33,958 bases of DNA from Octopus bimaculoides (GCF_001194135.2 NC_068990.1:35906060-35940017), one strand, 5' to 3'; shown: positions 1 to 10,817, counted from the stretch's first letter. Numbers and translations: made by a program. The notes: generated by a model not told the origin, from the sequence alone.

Positions 1-31
<31 letters not shown>
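1..31. repeat. (TA)n microsatellite
   Basis: Perfect AT dinucleotide run at the window start. Confidence 0.95.
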
Positions 32-33
<2 letters not shown>

Positions 34-364
34 AACACACACATACATGTATATACATACTTGGAGACAAAGACATAGCGGGTATCATGGGAGAAAATGT
101 ACAAAACTGATAAATATACGTTATTCCCTATTTATAACATAAACATTACGACAGAACAGAGCTAGAGTAAAGTTTCAATAAAACTATTCTATCAATTTAA
201 TATTTCAAAGCGTTCTTGTCCACAGAGAAACATCTGATAATGACATGCTCATAGCAATATTCATGAATATACTAAATAAAGTAAACGGTGTGCCTACAGG
301 TATTATATATCTCGTGAAACAGTTCCTATTACATGGTATCTCTCTTAAGACAGTTTTACAAAAT

Positions 365-402
365 CTTAATCAGTTGTACCCTACTTAATCAGTTGTACCC
401 TT
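365..402. repeat. 19-bp tandem duplication
   Basis: cttaatcagttgtaccct(a/t) occurs twice, adjacent (365-383, 384-402). Confidence 0.9.
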
Positions 403-2230
403 CTTTCTGCCATTACGAAACTGATTCCAAAGGGAATAACATTTCGAGAAATTCACTTCAGACGTCTGACTTGCAACAGAGTGGTTCATTGCTAATTGAT
501 GTCGGGTTCAGCCAGAACTAGTGAAGTTTTCTTTTCTCATTAACAAAATCCATCAGACATCAAATTTCAGCAACACAGACTCAATCCGTTCAAAGTGTGC
601 AAAGACAACACTCACCACACTTTCTACTGCACCTTCATAATTCAAATGAATACATTAAAGTGTATAAGGTGTATCGTCTTAAAGAAATTCAGAATAATTC
701 TATATTTCCTATGTATACTTTACATATATTGTATTGTGAATATTTGATCAGTAACGTAGAAATAGCGAGTTTGAATGTTTAAAAATAGCGACGCTGCAAA
801 GGTATATAATAGATGCATTGTAAAAATAGTTTATCGTGGTGATGATGGACATTAGAATACAGAGAATATGGTGAAATGATACACAGAATTTATTTGCTGA
901 TATACATTAAGGTTTTCTGCTCCAAAGTGGGTTATGCTGTTTTAAATTGAAAGATAAATCAAGTACAAACAGCATGATTATAAATCAAGTTGGCGAATAA
1001 CTGGACGAATTCGACTGTTAAGTGGATACCATTTCAATGGATTATGTTTAAAATATTAGTTTCTACATAGAAGAGTTATATAATATAGGGACTGTCTTCA
1101 CATGTATTAACTATTTATTCCTTGTGAATGATTCAGTCATGTTTACTTACGTAAGGTTTGTTTATCTGTATCCTTCTAAATATTTTCAGATAGTTTTATA
1201 CTTACATTACACAAAATGAGATATCTGTGAGTGTGTATGTAAAATGTATGTAAGTATGAATGGATGGATTGATGAATGGAGAGAGGGATTCAAAGTCGTG
1301 CTTGTCTAGCTAGTGACTCCTGAATACTTATGATGAACTGAAGCAACTACATCGAGGAAGAGCCAATAAATAATACACGGCTGCTAAGTTTAGTTTAAAT
1401 TTAGCAATATTTCGTGAGGTGATGAAAAGCTTTGAGCACAAATGCAATCTAATCTCTAACACAATTCCACTGTCTCAGAGGTATCTTGTAGGTCTAAACC
1501 CTACGTTATGGGTATTCACTTCAAGCCAATTTGAAACCACAAGATATACAAACACAAAACATTTCCTAGTAATGGTAAAAATTATGGAATATAAACTGCA
1601 ACCGTGGTACACCAGGTTCTAACAGAGAGGATTTAAGAACATTATATCATATGGACAATTCAAACGGATGTCATACATTGAAACATTTAAGTGGGGGAGC
1701 CAATTTAGAATCTTCTACGTACTCAATCGTGTTGTAAAAGGAAAAGCAACCAGTATGTCCCTTAAATATCTGTTTGTGTTTTATATATGGGATTTGCTGG
1801 ATATTCCATTCTTTGATTTGAATAATGATCTGTTGGTCAATGCTGGAACAATTTTGGTCACGATCCTACTTGATTAGTGATGATCTGAGGTTAAATATCC
1901 TCCACCTCCACCAACAACACTGACAACAACAGCAAATATAGCAATACTTATAACAACAATAATAAACTACATCAGCCTAATCATTTCTCAACGGATGAGG
2001 TGTCCTTGCAGCAGGAAGAATGTTTACTTGAAGTCTGTGTAGAAATATCTGGTTCAGCGATGGGAAACTTGTTTTCTCTTAAATCAGTTCACCGTAAAAT
2101 TATAACTATTTAATGGATAAATTTTGACTGAAGCAGGAACAAATTTGGAATATTATGAAATAAGTCGTTCACCAGTTTCCAGGGATTGCAGATTATTTCT
2201 GGGGAAATAAAGTAAGGATACATAAATATA

Positions 2231-2399
2231 CTACAGTTCTATATTTAAGATAATGGAATTATGTACATTATTTACATTATTTACAACTGACGGATATTTA
2301 CTCTCATCTTGTTTGTCGTTAACACAACGTTTCGGCTGATATGCCCTCCAGCCATCATCAGGTGTCTTGGGGAAATTTCGAACCTGGGTTCTCATTCCT
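2231..2399 (-). mobile_element. Penelope-like element terminal (pseudo-LTR) fragment carrying a hammerhead motif
   Basis: Minus strand reads ggaatgagaacccaggttcgaaatttccccaagacacCTGATGAtggctggagggcatatcagccGAAACGTtgtgttaacgacaaacaagatgag..., then short tgtaaataa tandem repeats. A minimal hammerhead with an ACGT helix III is characteristic of PLE termini. Boundaries approximate. Confidence 0.6.
2321..2366 (-). ncRNA. Type I minimal hammerhead ribozyme, intact core
   Basis: Helix I GACAC/GUGUU; CUGAUGA; one extra U; helix II GGCUG/CAGCC with a 10-nt loop; GAA; palindromic helix III ACGU; cleavage triplet GUU. Confidence 0.75.
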
Positions 2400-2500
2400 T
2401 TTCATCCTTTCAGAGTCAGGAAATTAATTACCAGCTAAACACTGGGGCCGATGTAAACAACTTATCCACTTCCTTAAAATTGCTGGCATTGTAACAAAAT
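2397..2500 (+). mobile_element. SINE family B, 3' half fragment
   Basis: ccttttcatcctttcagagtcaggaaattaattaccagctaaacactggggccgatgtaaacaac aligns by eye to the 3' half of the copies at 29733-29945 and 22912-23130. Confidence 0.7.
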
Positions 2501-2898
2501 TTGAAACCATAATTAAGATTGATAAGGTTAACTAAAATTCTTGCGGCAGTGTCTCAGCCGGAGACAAGCGAGGCAGACGAGTGTGAGAATAAAAATGTAA
2601 AAGTATGAACTATACTTTTATAGAGTAAGTCAAGTGTCACAAGTGCTACATAGAGTATATAAACGAATCTAAACATATTTAAGTAGAGCGAAATGATTCA
2701 TGTGATATGAGTATGTGATAATAAATATTATAAACATAAAATTGTATTGAATCGAATAATAAATTATACTCTGAAGTGAAGTGTAGAATAAATAAATTTT
2801 AGATCATGCGAGGTTTTATTTCTCTTTCTGCGTACAGTATGTGGGCACCATTATATTACAATAAACAGAGAGCAAAGCATACAACACGACGAAACGCT

Positions 2899-2938
<40 letters not shown>

Positions 2939-3060
2939 GATGTACACATATACAATTAATAATATATATATATACTCAGACAACCAAATGCACACACGAG
3001 CACACCCACACACACTTACGTACAAACACACATACGCATGCACACACATATATGTATGCA
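2899..3060. repeat. (TA)n/(TG)n/(CA)n low-complexity tract
   Basis: Alternating purine-pyrimidine dinucleotide runs. Confidence 0.85.
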
Positions 3061-3154
3061 TGCTCTATCACCTCAAATACATACAGGTGACCCTTTTTCC
3101 AATAATGTGCCAGCAGCCGATATTAATTAAGTTTTCAATATCCTCCTTCGCATA

Positions 3155-3225
3155 TTGTTATTATTACTGTTGTTGTTATCATTATTATTATTATTGTTGT
3201 TAGCGTTATTATTATTATTATTAAA

Positions 3226-3289
<64 letters not shown>

Positions 3290-3357
3290 GTTATTATTAT
3301 TATTACCATTATTATTATTATTGTTATGGTTATTATTATTATTATTATTATTATTAA

Positions 3358-3388
<31 letters not shown>
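3155..3388. repeat. (TAT)n trinucleotide microsatellite
   Basis: About 230 bp of TAT with TGT/CAT interruptions; source of the poly-I and poly-N ORFs. Confidence 0.95.
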
Positions 3389-3605
3389 GCCGTTTTTCTT
3401 GCTGTTTCTATTCTTGTTGATGTTCATACTCTTATTTCATAAATATTGTTAGTTGTTGCAGTTATATATAAGTTTTATTTGTAAATATTTTTCCATATTA
3501 TTACACTTTTATTGTTGATTTTATTATAGCATTTTTATAGCAGTTTTTTTTTTATTATATTTTATTGTTCATGGTTCCCTGATTGTTCCAACACACTGAA
3601 ATCAC

Positions 3606-3606
<1 letters not shown>

Positions 3607-3681
<75 letters not shown>

Positions 3682-3780
3682 TGTGTGCGTGTGCATATGT
3701 ATGCATATATTCATATATACATACAATCACACACAGACGCACACACATACACAAACACACACATATATATATATATATGT
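3607..3780. repeat. Compound (TA)n(CA)n(TA)n microsatellite
   Basis: Direct reading. Confidence 0.9.
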
Positions 3781-3820
3781 TGATGCAGACAGAATACATA
3801 GAACTATTTTATTAATATTT

Positions 3821-3926
3821 AGTAGAATAACAAAGTGACTCAAGGTCCGAAAATTTTGTGCGTTTGATAAGTTTGATAAATGCCGACCAACGAAACCATC
3901 TGACCTTGAGTCACTCCGTTACTACT
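3821..3926. mobile_element. MITE-like element with ~25-bp terminal inverted repeats
   Basis: agtgactcaaggtc (3834-3847) is the exact reverse complement of gaccttgagtcact (3902-3915); imperfect pairing extends outward (agtagaataacaa vs ccgttactact). No clear TSD. Confidence 0.55.
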
Positions 3927-4246
3927 TCTGCCAAATATTAATATATATAACTAAACGATGCTGTATTTTCCAAAATGGAGGTGAACACCGTTCCCTATTT
4001 GATCGGCTTGAAAACTTAAGGATGTAGGATATTTTCCTATTTTTGTTAACATGGAACCAATGGAAGCCTTAATTCACTAATAAGAAATTATTTCCATCAA
4101 AGCGGTGTTGAGTACTCATTTTCATCGTTCGATATATATATATAAATTACGCATTAACACTGTTATCTTATAGTTGTGGTTTCTAAATTTGTTCGGTCTA
4201 AGATGCTATTACTCTACTCTTTCACATACACACACACGTATATATA

Positions 4247-4256
4247 NNNNNNNNNN
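4247..4256. other. Assembly gap (10 N)
   Basis: N run. Confidence 1.
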
Positions 4257-4825
4257 TATGTATGTATCTCTCTCTCTCTCAAGATATATATATATATATA
4301 TATATAATTATGTGTGTGTGTACATATGCTTATACTCGCACGTGCGCACACTGTCGTTCACAAAATGACACACATGTGTCCGTCGACTTAGTATTAGTGT
4401 ATGACCCTTGGTTTTATTAGTGTTGTTATTGTTATATCTTCTTCTGTGTAATATTAATTCTCCTACATTTGACATTGTTGATAGTATAAACTTAGTTTCT
4501 CCTCTTTGGTATGTTGTTTGATTTCTCCTGCTCTTCTGTTGTATTCTTTTGTATATTTATCCCGTAATGTTGTTTGCCTTTTCGTCTATTTTATTATTAT
4601 TGCCAGCAAATGTATCAGTTGTTACTCTGCATATTTCATTTGAGAAAACATGAATATCTTTCTTGGGCAAGTTTCTATATTCGACAGACCAATAATATTA
4701 CATTATTCCACAACAACGATGTGTGCATGGTGAGTCTTGACATAAATGAATGTACTTGTAAACAGCAGACACTTCAGAATTATATGGTACATTATATCGA
4801 TGAGAAACTGAAAGCGACCTACAGG

Positions 4826-4840
4826 CACACACACACACAC

Positions 4841-4879
<39 letters not shown>

Positions 4880-4932
4880 CACACACACACTCACTCACTC
4901 ATTCACTCACTCACTCACTCACACACACACAC
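4826..4932. repeat. (CA)n/(CACT)n microsatellite
   Basis: Direct reading. Confidence 0.9.
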
Positions 4933-4996
4933 GGGCACATATATATGCTTTTTCTTTGAAGCTGCGGTCATGCTGGGGTACCACCGATGATAATGA

Positions 4997-5311
4997 TATA
5001 TATATATATATATATATATATANNNNNNNNNNNNNNNNNNNNNNNNNNNNNNNNNNNNNNNNNNNNNNNNNNNNNNNNNNNNNNNNNNNNNNNNNNNNNN
5101 NNNNNNNNNNNNNNNNNNNNNNNNNNNNNNNNNNNNNNNNNNNNNNNNNNNNNNNNNNNNNNNNNNNNNNNNNNNNNNNNNNNNNNNNNNNNNNNNNNNN
5201 NNNNNNNNNNNNNNNNNNNNNNNNNNNNNNNNNNNNNNNNNNNNNNNNNNNNNNNNNNNNNNNNNNNNNNNNNNNNNNNNNNNNNNNNNNNNNNNNNNNN
5301 NNNNNNNNNNN

Positions 5312-5365
<54 letters not shown>
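4997..5365. repeat. (TA)n array spanning an assembly gap (N 5023-5311)
   Basis: TA runs on both sides of the N run. Confidence 0.9.
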
Positions 5366-5368
<3 letters not shown>

Positions 5369-5562
5369 TATATATGTATATATATATATATGTGTGTGTG
5401 TATATATGTATATGTATATAAATATGATGGTAATTATACATATATATATGACGATAATGATTTATATATACATACATATATAATGGTATGCATATATATA
5501 TATGTGTGTGTGTATGTGTGTCTGTGCGTGTGTGTACATTTATACACGCAGAATCTTCTCTA

Positions 5563-5697
5563 TTACATGCACCAGACTTGAAATTTTGGTGGAAGAGGCA
5601 AGTCGATCACATCGACCATAGTACTCAAATGGTACTTATTCCATCGACTCCAAATGGATGAAAGTCATAATCGACCTCGACAGAAATTGAACTTTCA
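5563..5697 (-). mobile_element. SINE family B, 5'-truncated and degenerate
   Basis: gaaattttggtggaagaggcaagtcgatcacatcgaccatagtactc...ggatgaaagtcataatcgacctcgacagaaattgaact matches the minus-strand copies at 19328-19539 and 33133-33328. Confidence 0.8.
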
Positions 5698-6044
5698 GAT
5701 ACATTTGCAGTTAATTTGAAGATGTATTGCAGAAAAATGCTGCCACGATACCTCGAGTGGTTGTAGGTTAGGTGTTTTTCTCTATTGATATGGAGAGGCA
5801 GAGATTTTTCTAAAAACATATTTTGGTAGCTTTAACACCTGATTCTTCTTTTCCCATAAGCTGTGATTTCACTTGATTTCAAAAATTACTATTTTGGTGT
5901 CTTCTGTGAATCACAGGATTCTTTTTTACTTACTGTCTGTGTCTACAAACACCCTGAGTATTATTACGAGCAAACTTGTACCGTCACTACTACAACTACT
6001 ACCACAACAACAACAAATACTAGTACTACTACTACTATTCTCAG

Positions 6045-6045
<1 letters not shown>

Positions 6046-6124
<79 letters not shown>
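6046..6124. repeat. (CA)n microsatellite
   Basis: Perfect run of about 39 units. Confidence 0.97.
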
Positions 6125-6126
<2 letters not shown>

Positions 6127-6589
6127 AAAACGTGATATCCTGTTAAAAAATACCAGTCACCCGTTATATGTGCTTGTCCTTGCACCATGCATCTGGTACC
6201 TTCAAACTTCACCTTGAACAGTGCTAAATCTTCTCCCTTCAAATCCAAAAACCATTTCAACTGAACACACTCCCTCGTTCCAGCAACATTTTCCACACAC
6301 CTTTGCAAAAAAATTAACACATGCACATACACACACAGACACACATTCATATTTACACACACAAACACATACGTACACAAAATGCAATACCAACGCACTC
6401 ACACACTTCTCGCCTCGCCTCTCAGCCAAACCTCACTGCAGCTATTAACCTGTCCCTACTACTGCTTTACGCATACATCACTCACATAAACACAAACACA
6501 CGCACACAGAAAGTAAAACACACGCTCACTCTGGCAATTTTCGCCATCTCCTGTCTTTAAAATTTACTATATCTCTCCCTCTCCATTTC

Positions 6590-6790
6590 CGGTCACATCA
6601 GCCATGTAACCACATACGTCCGTTTCTTGGACACTTTTCCTTTTCTTCGGATATTTCTTCTATCCTCTTTCTGATGAAAAGCCATGCTCGAAACGTTATA
6701 CCTTCCCTCTTTTTTTTTCCTTTTTGAAGAGAGTATCCATCTAATGCATTCCATGTGTACGTGCTTTTGAATTTTGATTATTATATGTAT
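6590..6790 (+). mobile_element. Probable Penelope-like terminal fragment with degenerate hammerhead (6668-6700)
   Basis: tttCTGATGAaaagccatgctcGAAACGTtata within pyrimidine-rich UTR-like sequence ending at TA-rich repeats. Boundaries approximate. Confidence 0.45.
6668..6700 (+). ncRNA. Degenerate type I hammerhead motif
   Basis: CUGAUGA and GAAACGU are intact; helix II AGC/GCU has an A-C mismatch at its base; helix I is weak (UUU/AUA). Confidence 0.45.
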
Positions 6791-7079
6791 ACGTGTATAT
6801 ATGTTAAAAACGGAATATGATCGAGCAGACAATATGTGGTATTTAGAGCATTTAGTTATAGTAAATATTCTACACAGTATTCAAAGTATAATTTAAATAT
6901 TATAAAGTGATACCATATGCTTTGCATGTTCATTCTCTGTTTCTATAATGTATATATATATATATAAATTAAGCTATTTAAGCTAATCGTGTGCATACGT
7001 GCATATATATGTATGTATACGTCCGTATATGTAAGTATACTGTTTATATACACGTATTTGTATTTATGTACTTGAGTAT

Positions 7080-7135
7080 ATTTCACTGATGAAGGCAGAG
7101 CATTTATGCAAAGCCAGAAATCCAGGATTTGAAAT
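7080..7135 (+). ncRNA. Type I hammerhead-like motif
   Basis: Helix I AUUUCA/UGAAAU; CUGAUGA; helix II GGC/GCC enclosing an inner GCAU/AUGC hairpin; GAA; helix III AUCC-a-GGAU; cleavage triplet AUU. An unpaired A on each side of helix II. Confidence 0.55.
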
Positions 7136-7330
7136 TATCTTATTATTTTTACTGGTTTATTTGGTCTTCGTCTTCGCTAATCGTGCCTTACGGACATTTA
7201 TTGTGGTTTTTGGAGTCAGGTTTTGACTGCTATTTTTTTCAGCGTGGTGGTATCTCTTGATACCCTGTATTATAATTTTAAATAATTATTACCTTTGATG
7301 GTTTTTATTCCCATGCTGACCACTTGATAA
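7080..7330 (+). mobile_element. Probable Penelope-like terminal/UTR fragment
   Basis: Hammerhead motif followed by a T-rich UTR-like tail. Family assignment inferred from the ribozyme; extent approximate. Confidence 0.35.
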
Positions 7331-7386
7331 GATCAATATTTTAAATACCGATCTTATCCTTATTTATATATATATATATATATATG

Positions 7387-7590
7387 TACTTTTACTTGTT
7401 TCACTCATTTGACTGCGGCCATGCTGCAGCATCGCCTTTAGTCGAACAATTCGACCTCAGGACTTCTTCTGTGTAAGCTTAGTACTTATTCTATTGTTTG
7501 TGTGTCTGTGTTTGTCTCCCCTTCATCGCTTGACAGCCGATGCTGGTTTAGGTCCCCATAACTTAGCGGTTCGGCAAACGGAGTTGATAT
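7387..7590 (-). mobile_element. SINE family A, 5'-truncated with an inverted internal segment
   Basis: 7387-7494 matches the minus-strand 3' end of family A (cf. 31964-32070); 7495-7590 matches family A in the plus orientation (cf. 8070-8160). Confidence 0.8.
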
Positions 7591-7828
7591 AGATAGATAT
7601 AGATATACATACATACGCTCATACGCCACGCTGCAGCTTGGTTGCCATCAACCAAATTGCATTTAAAAATCCTTTGGTAGATCTGGGCTGATATAATGCA
7701 AGCCAACTGCGAAAAGTATCACAGAGTGGGACACAAGGCCGTACCAAAATTGTTAACAAAGCGAACTTCGTGTTTTCACTAATATGTGCTCTGATAAAAA
7801 AATATATATTTCTCCTATATAGACGAAA

Positions 7829-8300
7829 GCGTGGCTGTGTGGATAGGTGCAGGCGTGGCTACGTGGATAAGCACAGACGTGGTTGTGTGGATTGGCGCAG
7901 ACGTGACTATGTGGTAAGAAGCTTGGTTCCCAACTACATTGTTCTGCGTTCAGTCCAACTGCGTGGCATCTTGGGCAAGTGTTTTCTAGTATAGCCTCGA
8001 TCCAACCTTGGGAGTGGATTTGGTAGACAGAAACTTGAAGAGGCCAGTCGTATATATACATATATATATATTTGCGTGTGTGTCTGTGTTTTCCCCTCTA
8101 CCACCGCTTGACAACCGATACTGGTGTATTTACGTCCCCGTAACTTATCGGTTCGGCAGAGTAACCTATAGAATAAGTACTAGGATTACAAAGTATACGT
8201 CCTGGGGTAGATTTCTTCGACAACCACACTTTTAGGCGGTGTTGCAGAATGGCTGCAATCAAATGACTAAAACAAGTAATAGAATAAACGAATAAAAGAA
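7829..8300 (+). mobile_element. SINE family A (tRNA-derived), full length, with tandemly repeated 5' head
   Basis: A-box-like tggctgtgtgg, B-box-like gttcagtcc, then ttgggcaagtg...ggatttggtagacagaaac, an internal (TA)/(TG) tract and an A-rich tail; colinear with the reverse complement of 31964-32337. Confidence 0.9.
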
Positions 8301-8919
8301 TATATACATTGGGAAAACATCTCTAGAGAATTTCATAGACAAACGTTAATTCGTGTGGTTATGTTGTATTAAGATTTATATGAAAATACCACGATTACAC
8401 ATTTTACAGAAGAAAACGTTTACATATTGCTCTTCTGTTCATTAGTTATTGATTATTTCCAACTCCTCACATTTTTACTAATACAAATAAAGTAAAAGTG
8501 TATGTGTGGAAGTGGGCATGTGTAATCTGTTTCTGTTTTCTATTTTGTTTCTTTTTTTCACTAAACCTAGATTGTTGCTTGCTGTTTAGCTTACTAAATG
8601 ATTTAAAATTAATAAAAATCATGGTAGGTCGTCATATCAAATTCAAAACATATGTTTGTTGAGTGCGACAGTCTATGGGTGTACTAGGGTATTTGCATAT
8701 GTGTATGTATGTGGTTGTATCCGTTTCTTTAGACGTATTTTTAAGTACATATCTTCAACCGTGTGCAGAAATGTCAATAGTGATATAACCGCAAGTGTAT
8801 ATACATATTCATGCGTGGGCATGCATGAGTGTTTGCAGAAACAAAAGTAAGAGTCCTAAATATGCTATATAGAGTAAATTTATTTACCAAAACATATTAA
8901 ACAAAGTTATGTATCATAA

Positions 8920-8971
8920 TATAATAGATAAATTTGACCTTAGACTATAATAGATAAATTTGACCTTAGAC
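8920..8971. repeat. Perfect 26-bp tandem duplication
   Basis: tataatagataaatttgaccttagac x2. Confidence 0.95.
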
Positions 8972-9218
8972 TTTTGAAAACGAGAGTACGCTCTAGTGGG
9001 AGTGATTCCTTTTGACTATGTGGCCGTTAATTTCTGCTTCTTCTAGAAGTACAGTCGAACGGAACCGCGCCAGTTAAAACGTTTTTGTAGTTTCAGAGGG
9101 TTGAGCTTCGAAGTAAACAGAGCGTTAATCGGAAGGATTTGATTCACCTAAATATTTGAAGAATTGTATAACTAGAAATGACAGAATTGTACATATATTC
9201 ATAATTTTTAAAGTTATC

Positions 9219-9375
9219 TTTTACTTGCTCTTGTCGCCTAACTGCGGTCATCCGGGGACATCACCTTGAAGAGTTTTAGATGATTAAATTGAACCCAGTA
9301 TATTTTCTAATCCTGGCATTTATTCTATGGGGTTAGTGCCGAACCGCTAGGTTGTTGAAACAAACCAACAAACGA
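9219..9375 (-). mobile_element. SINE family A, degenerate 3' fragment
   Basis: ttttacttgctc...actgcggtcat...tttattctatgggg...gccgaaccgctaggtt matches 31964-32110. Confidence 0.65.
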
Positions 9376-9473
9376 TTATATACTTTCTTAAACCTTGCTT
9401 TGTTTTTGGCTTTACAAATAAAAATTATTACATACAAATGCACACACGTACACACAAGCACACGCGTACACTT

Positions 9474-9512
<39 letters not shown>

Positions 9513-9647
9513 TATATGATGTATATTTTGTATGCATACGCATATCCTTACACTAAAAATTGTACTTCTTTTTAAATGCAGATTTATAATAAGTGACATC
9601 ACGTATTATATGGATGACATCCACTGCCATTTAAGCAGAAATTGTAG

Positions 9648-9680
9648 TACGAGGGTGATCAAGAATATTGTATAACTTTT
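9648..9680 (+). mobile_element. Possible isolated mariner-type TIR end
   Basis: TA|CGAGGGTGATCAA resembles the start of a mariner TIR; no partner TIR found. Confidence 0.3.
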
Positions 9681-10124
9681 CTCTCCATATTCCGAACATA
9701 TTTTTGGCATCTCTATTCAAACCATTACTTCTAAATCACTACAATGTATCAAAAACAAATTTATTTCTTCTTTCCATTCATTCAATTAATTTAAACTACT
9801 ATTTCTCAGATTGGTTATATCTAAGAACAAAATTATTATTTTTTGGATGTTCTATTTTGTTTACACGAAATCAAATATCAAACAAATGAATTTAAAATGT
9901 GAATTCATTTCGTTTTAATTATTTAATAGCAGGGTAACCACATGTGTAGTAAATCTTTCCTCTCACTCCTTTTCATGTATCTCATGATTTTCTCCTCCCG
10001 ACCGTTACTTCGAAATCATTAAGGTGTATAGATATATCAGAAAATATCTTAGCATACGTTGTATTGGCGAAACTTCCAAGTAAATTATTTATATAATTAC
10101 ACACACACACACACATGGATATTA

Positions 10125-10125
10125 C

Positions 10126-10158
<33 letters not shown>

Positions 10159-10171
10159 CATACATATACAT

Positions 10172-10218
<47 letters not shown>

Positions 10219-10520
10219 NNNNNNNNNNNNNNNNNNNNNNNNNNNNNNNNNNNNNNNNNNNNNNNNNNNNNNNNNNNNNNNNNNNNNNNNNNNNNNNNNN
10301 NNNNNNNNNNNNNNNNNNNNNNNNNNNNNNNNNNNNNNNNNNNNNNNNNNNNNNNNNNNNNNNNNNNNNNNNNNNNNNNNNNNNNNNNNNNNNNNNNNNN
10401 NNNNNNNNNNNNNNNNNNNNNNNNNNNNNNNNNNNNNNNNNNNNNNNNNNNNNNNNNNNNNNNNNNNNNNNNNNNNNNNNNNNNNNNNNNNNNNNNNNNN
10501 NNNNNCTTCTTCTTCTTCTT

Positions 10521-10618
<98 letters not shown>

Positions 10619-10692
10619 CATCATCATCATCTTTATTATCATTATCCTCATCGTAGTAATCATCATCATGCACAGCAGCAGCAACAGTAGTA

Positions 10693-10725
<33 letters not shown>
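10125..10725. repeat. Compound microsatellite (TG)(TA)-gap-(CTT)(TAT)(CAT)(CAG)(TAG); N gap 10219-10505
   Basis: Direct reading. Confidence 0.9.
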
Positions 10726-10726
<1 letters not shown>

Positions 10727-10802
10727 AAAAAAAGACGAAGAAGGTGGAGAGTTAATATAATAGAAACCCAAATATTGCTACAAATGGTAACACTTGATAG
10801 TT

Positions 10803-10817
10803 AGTAATAATAATAAC

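Noticed and set aside
7829-7925. Regular 24-bp repeat considered as CRISPR-like
   Set aside because: No unique spacers, no cas genes, eukaryotic context; it is a SINE head multimer.
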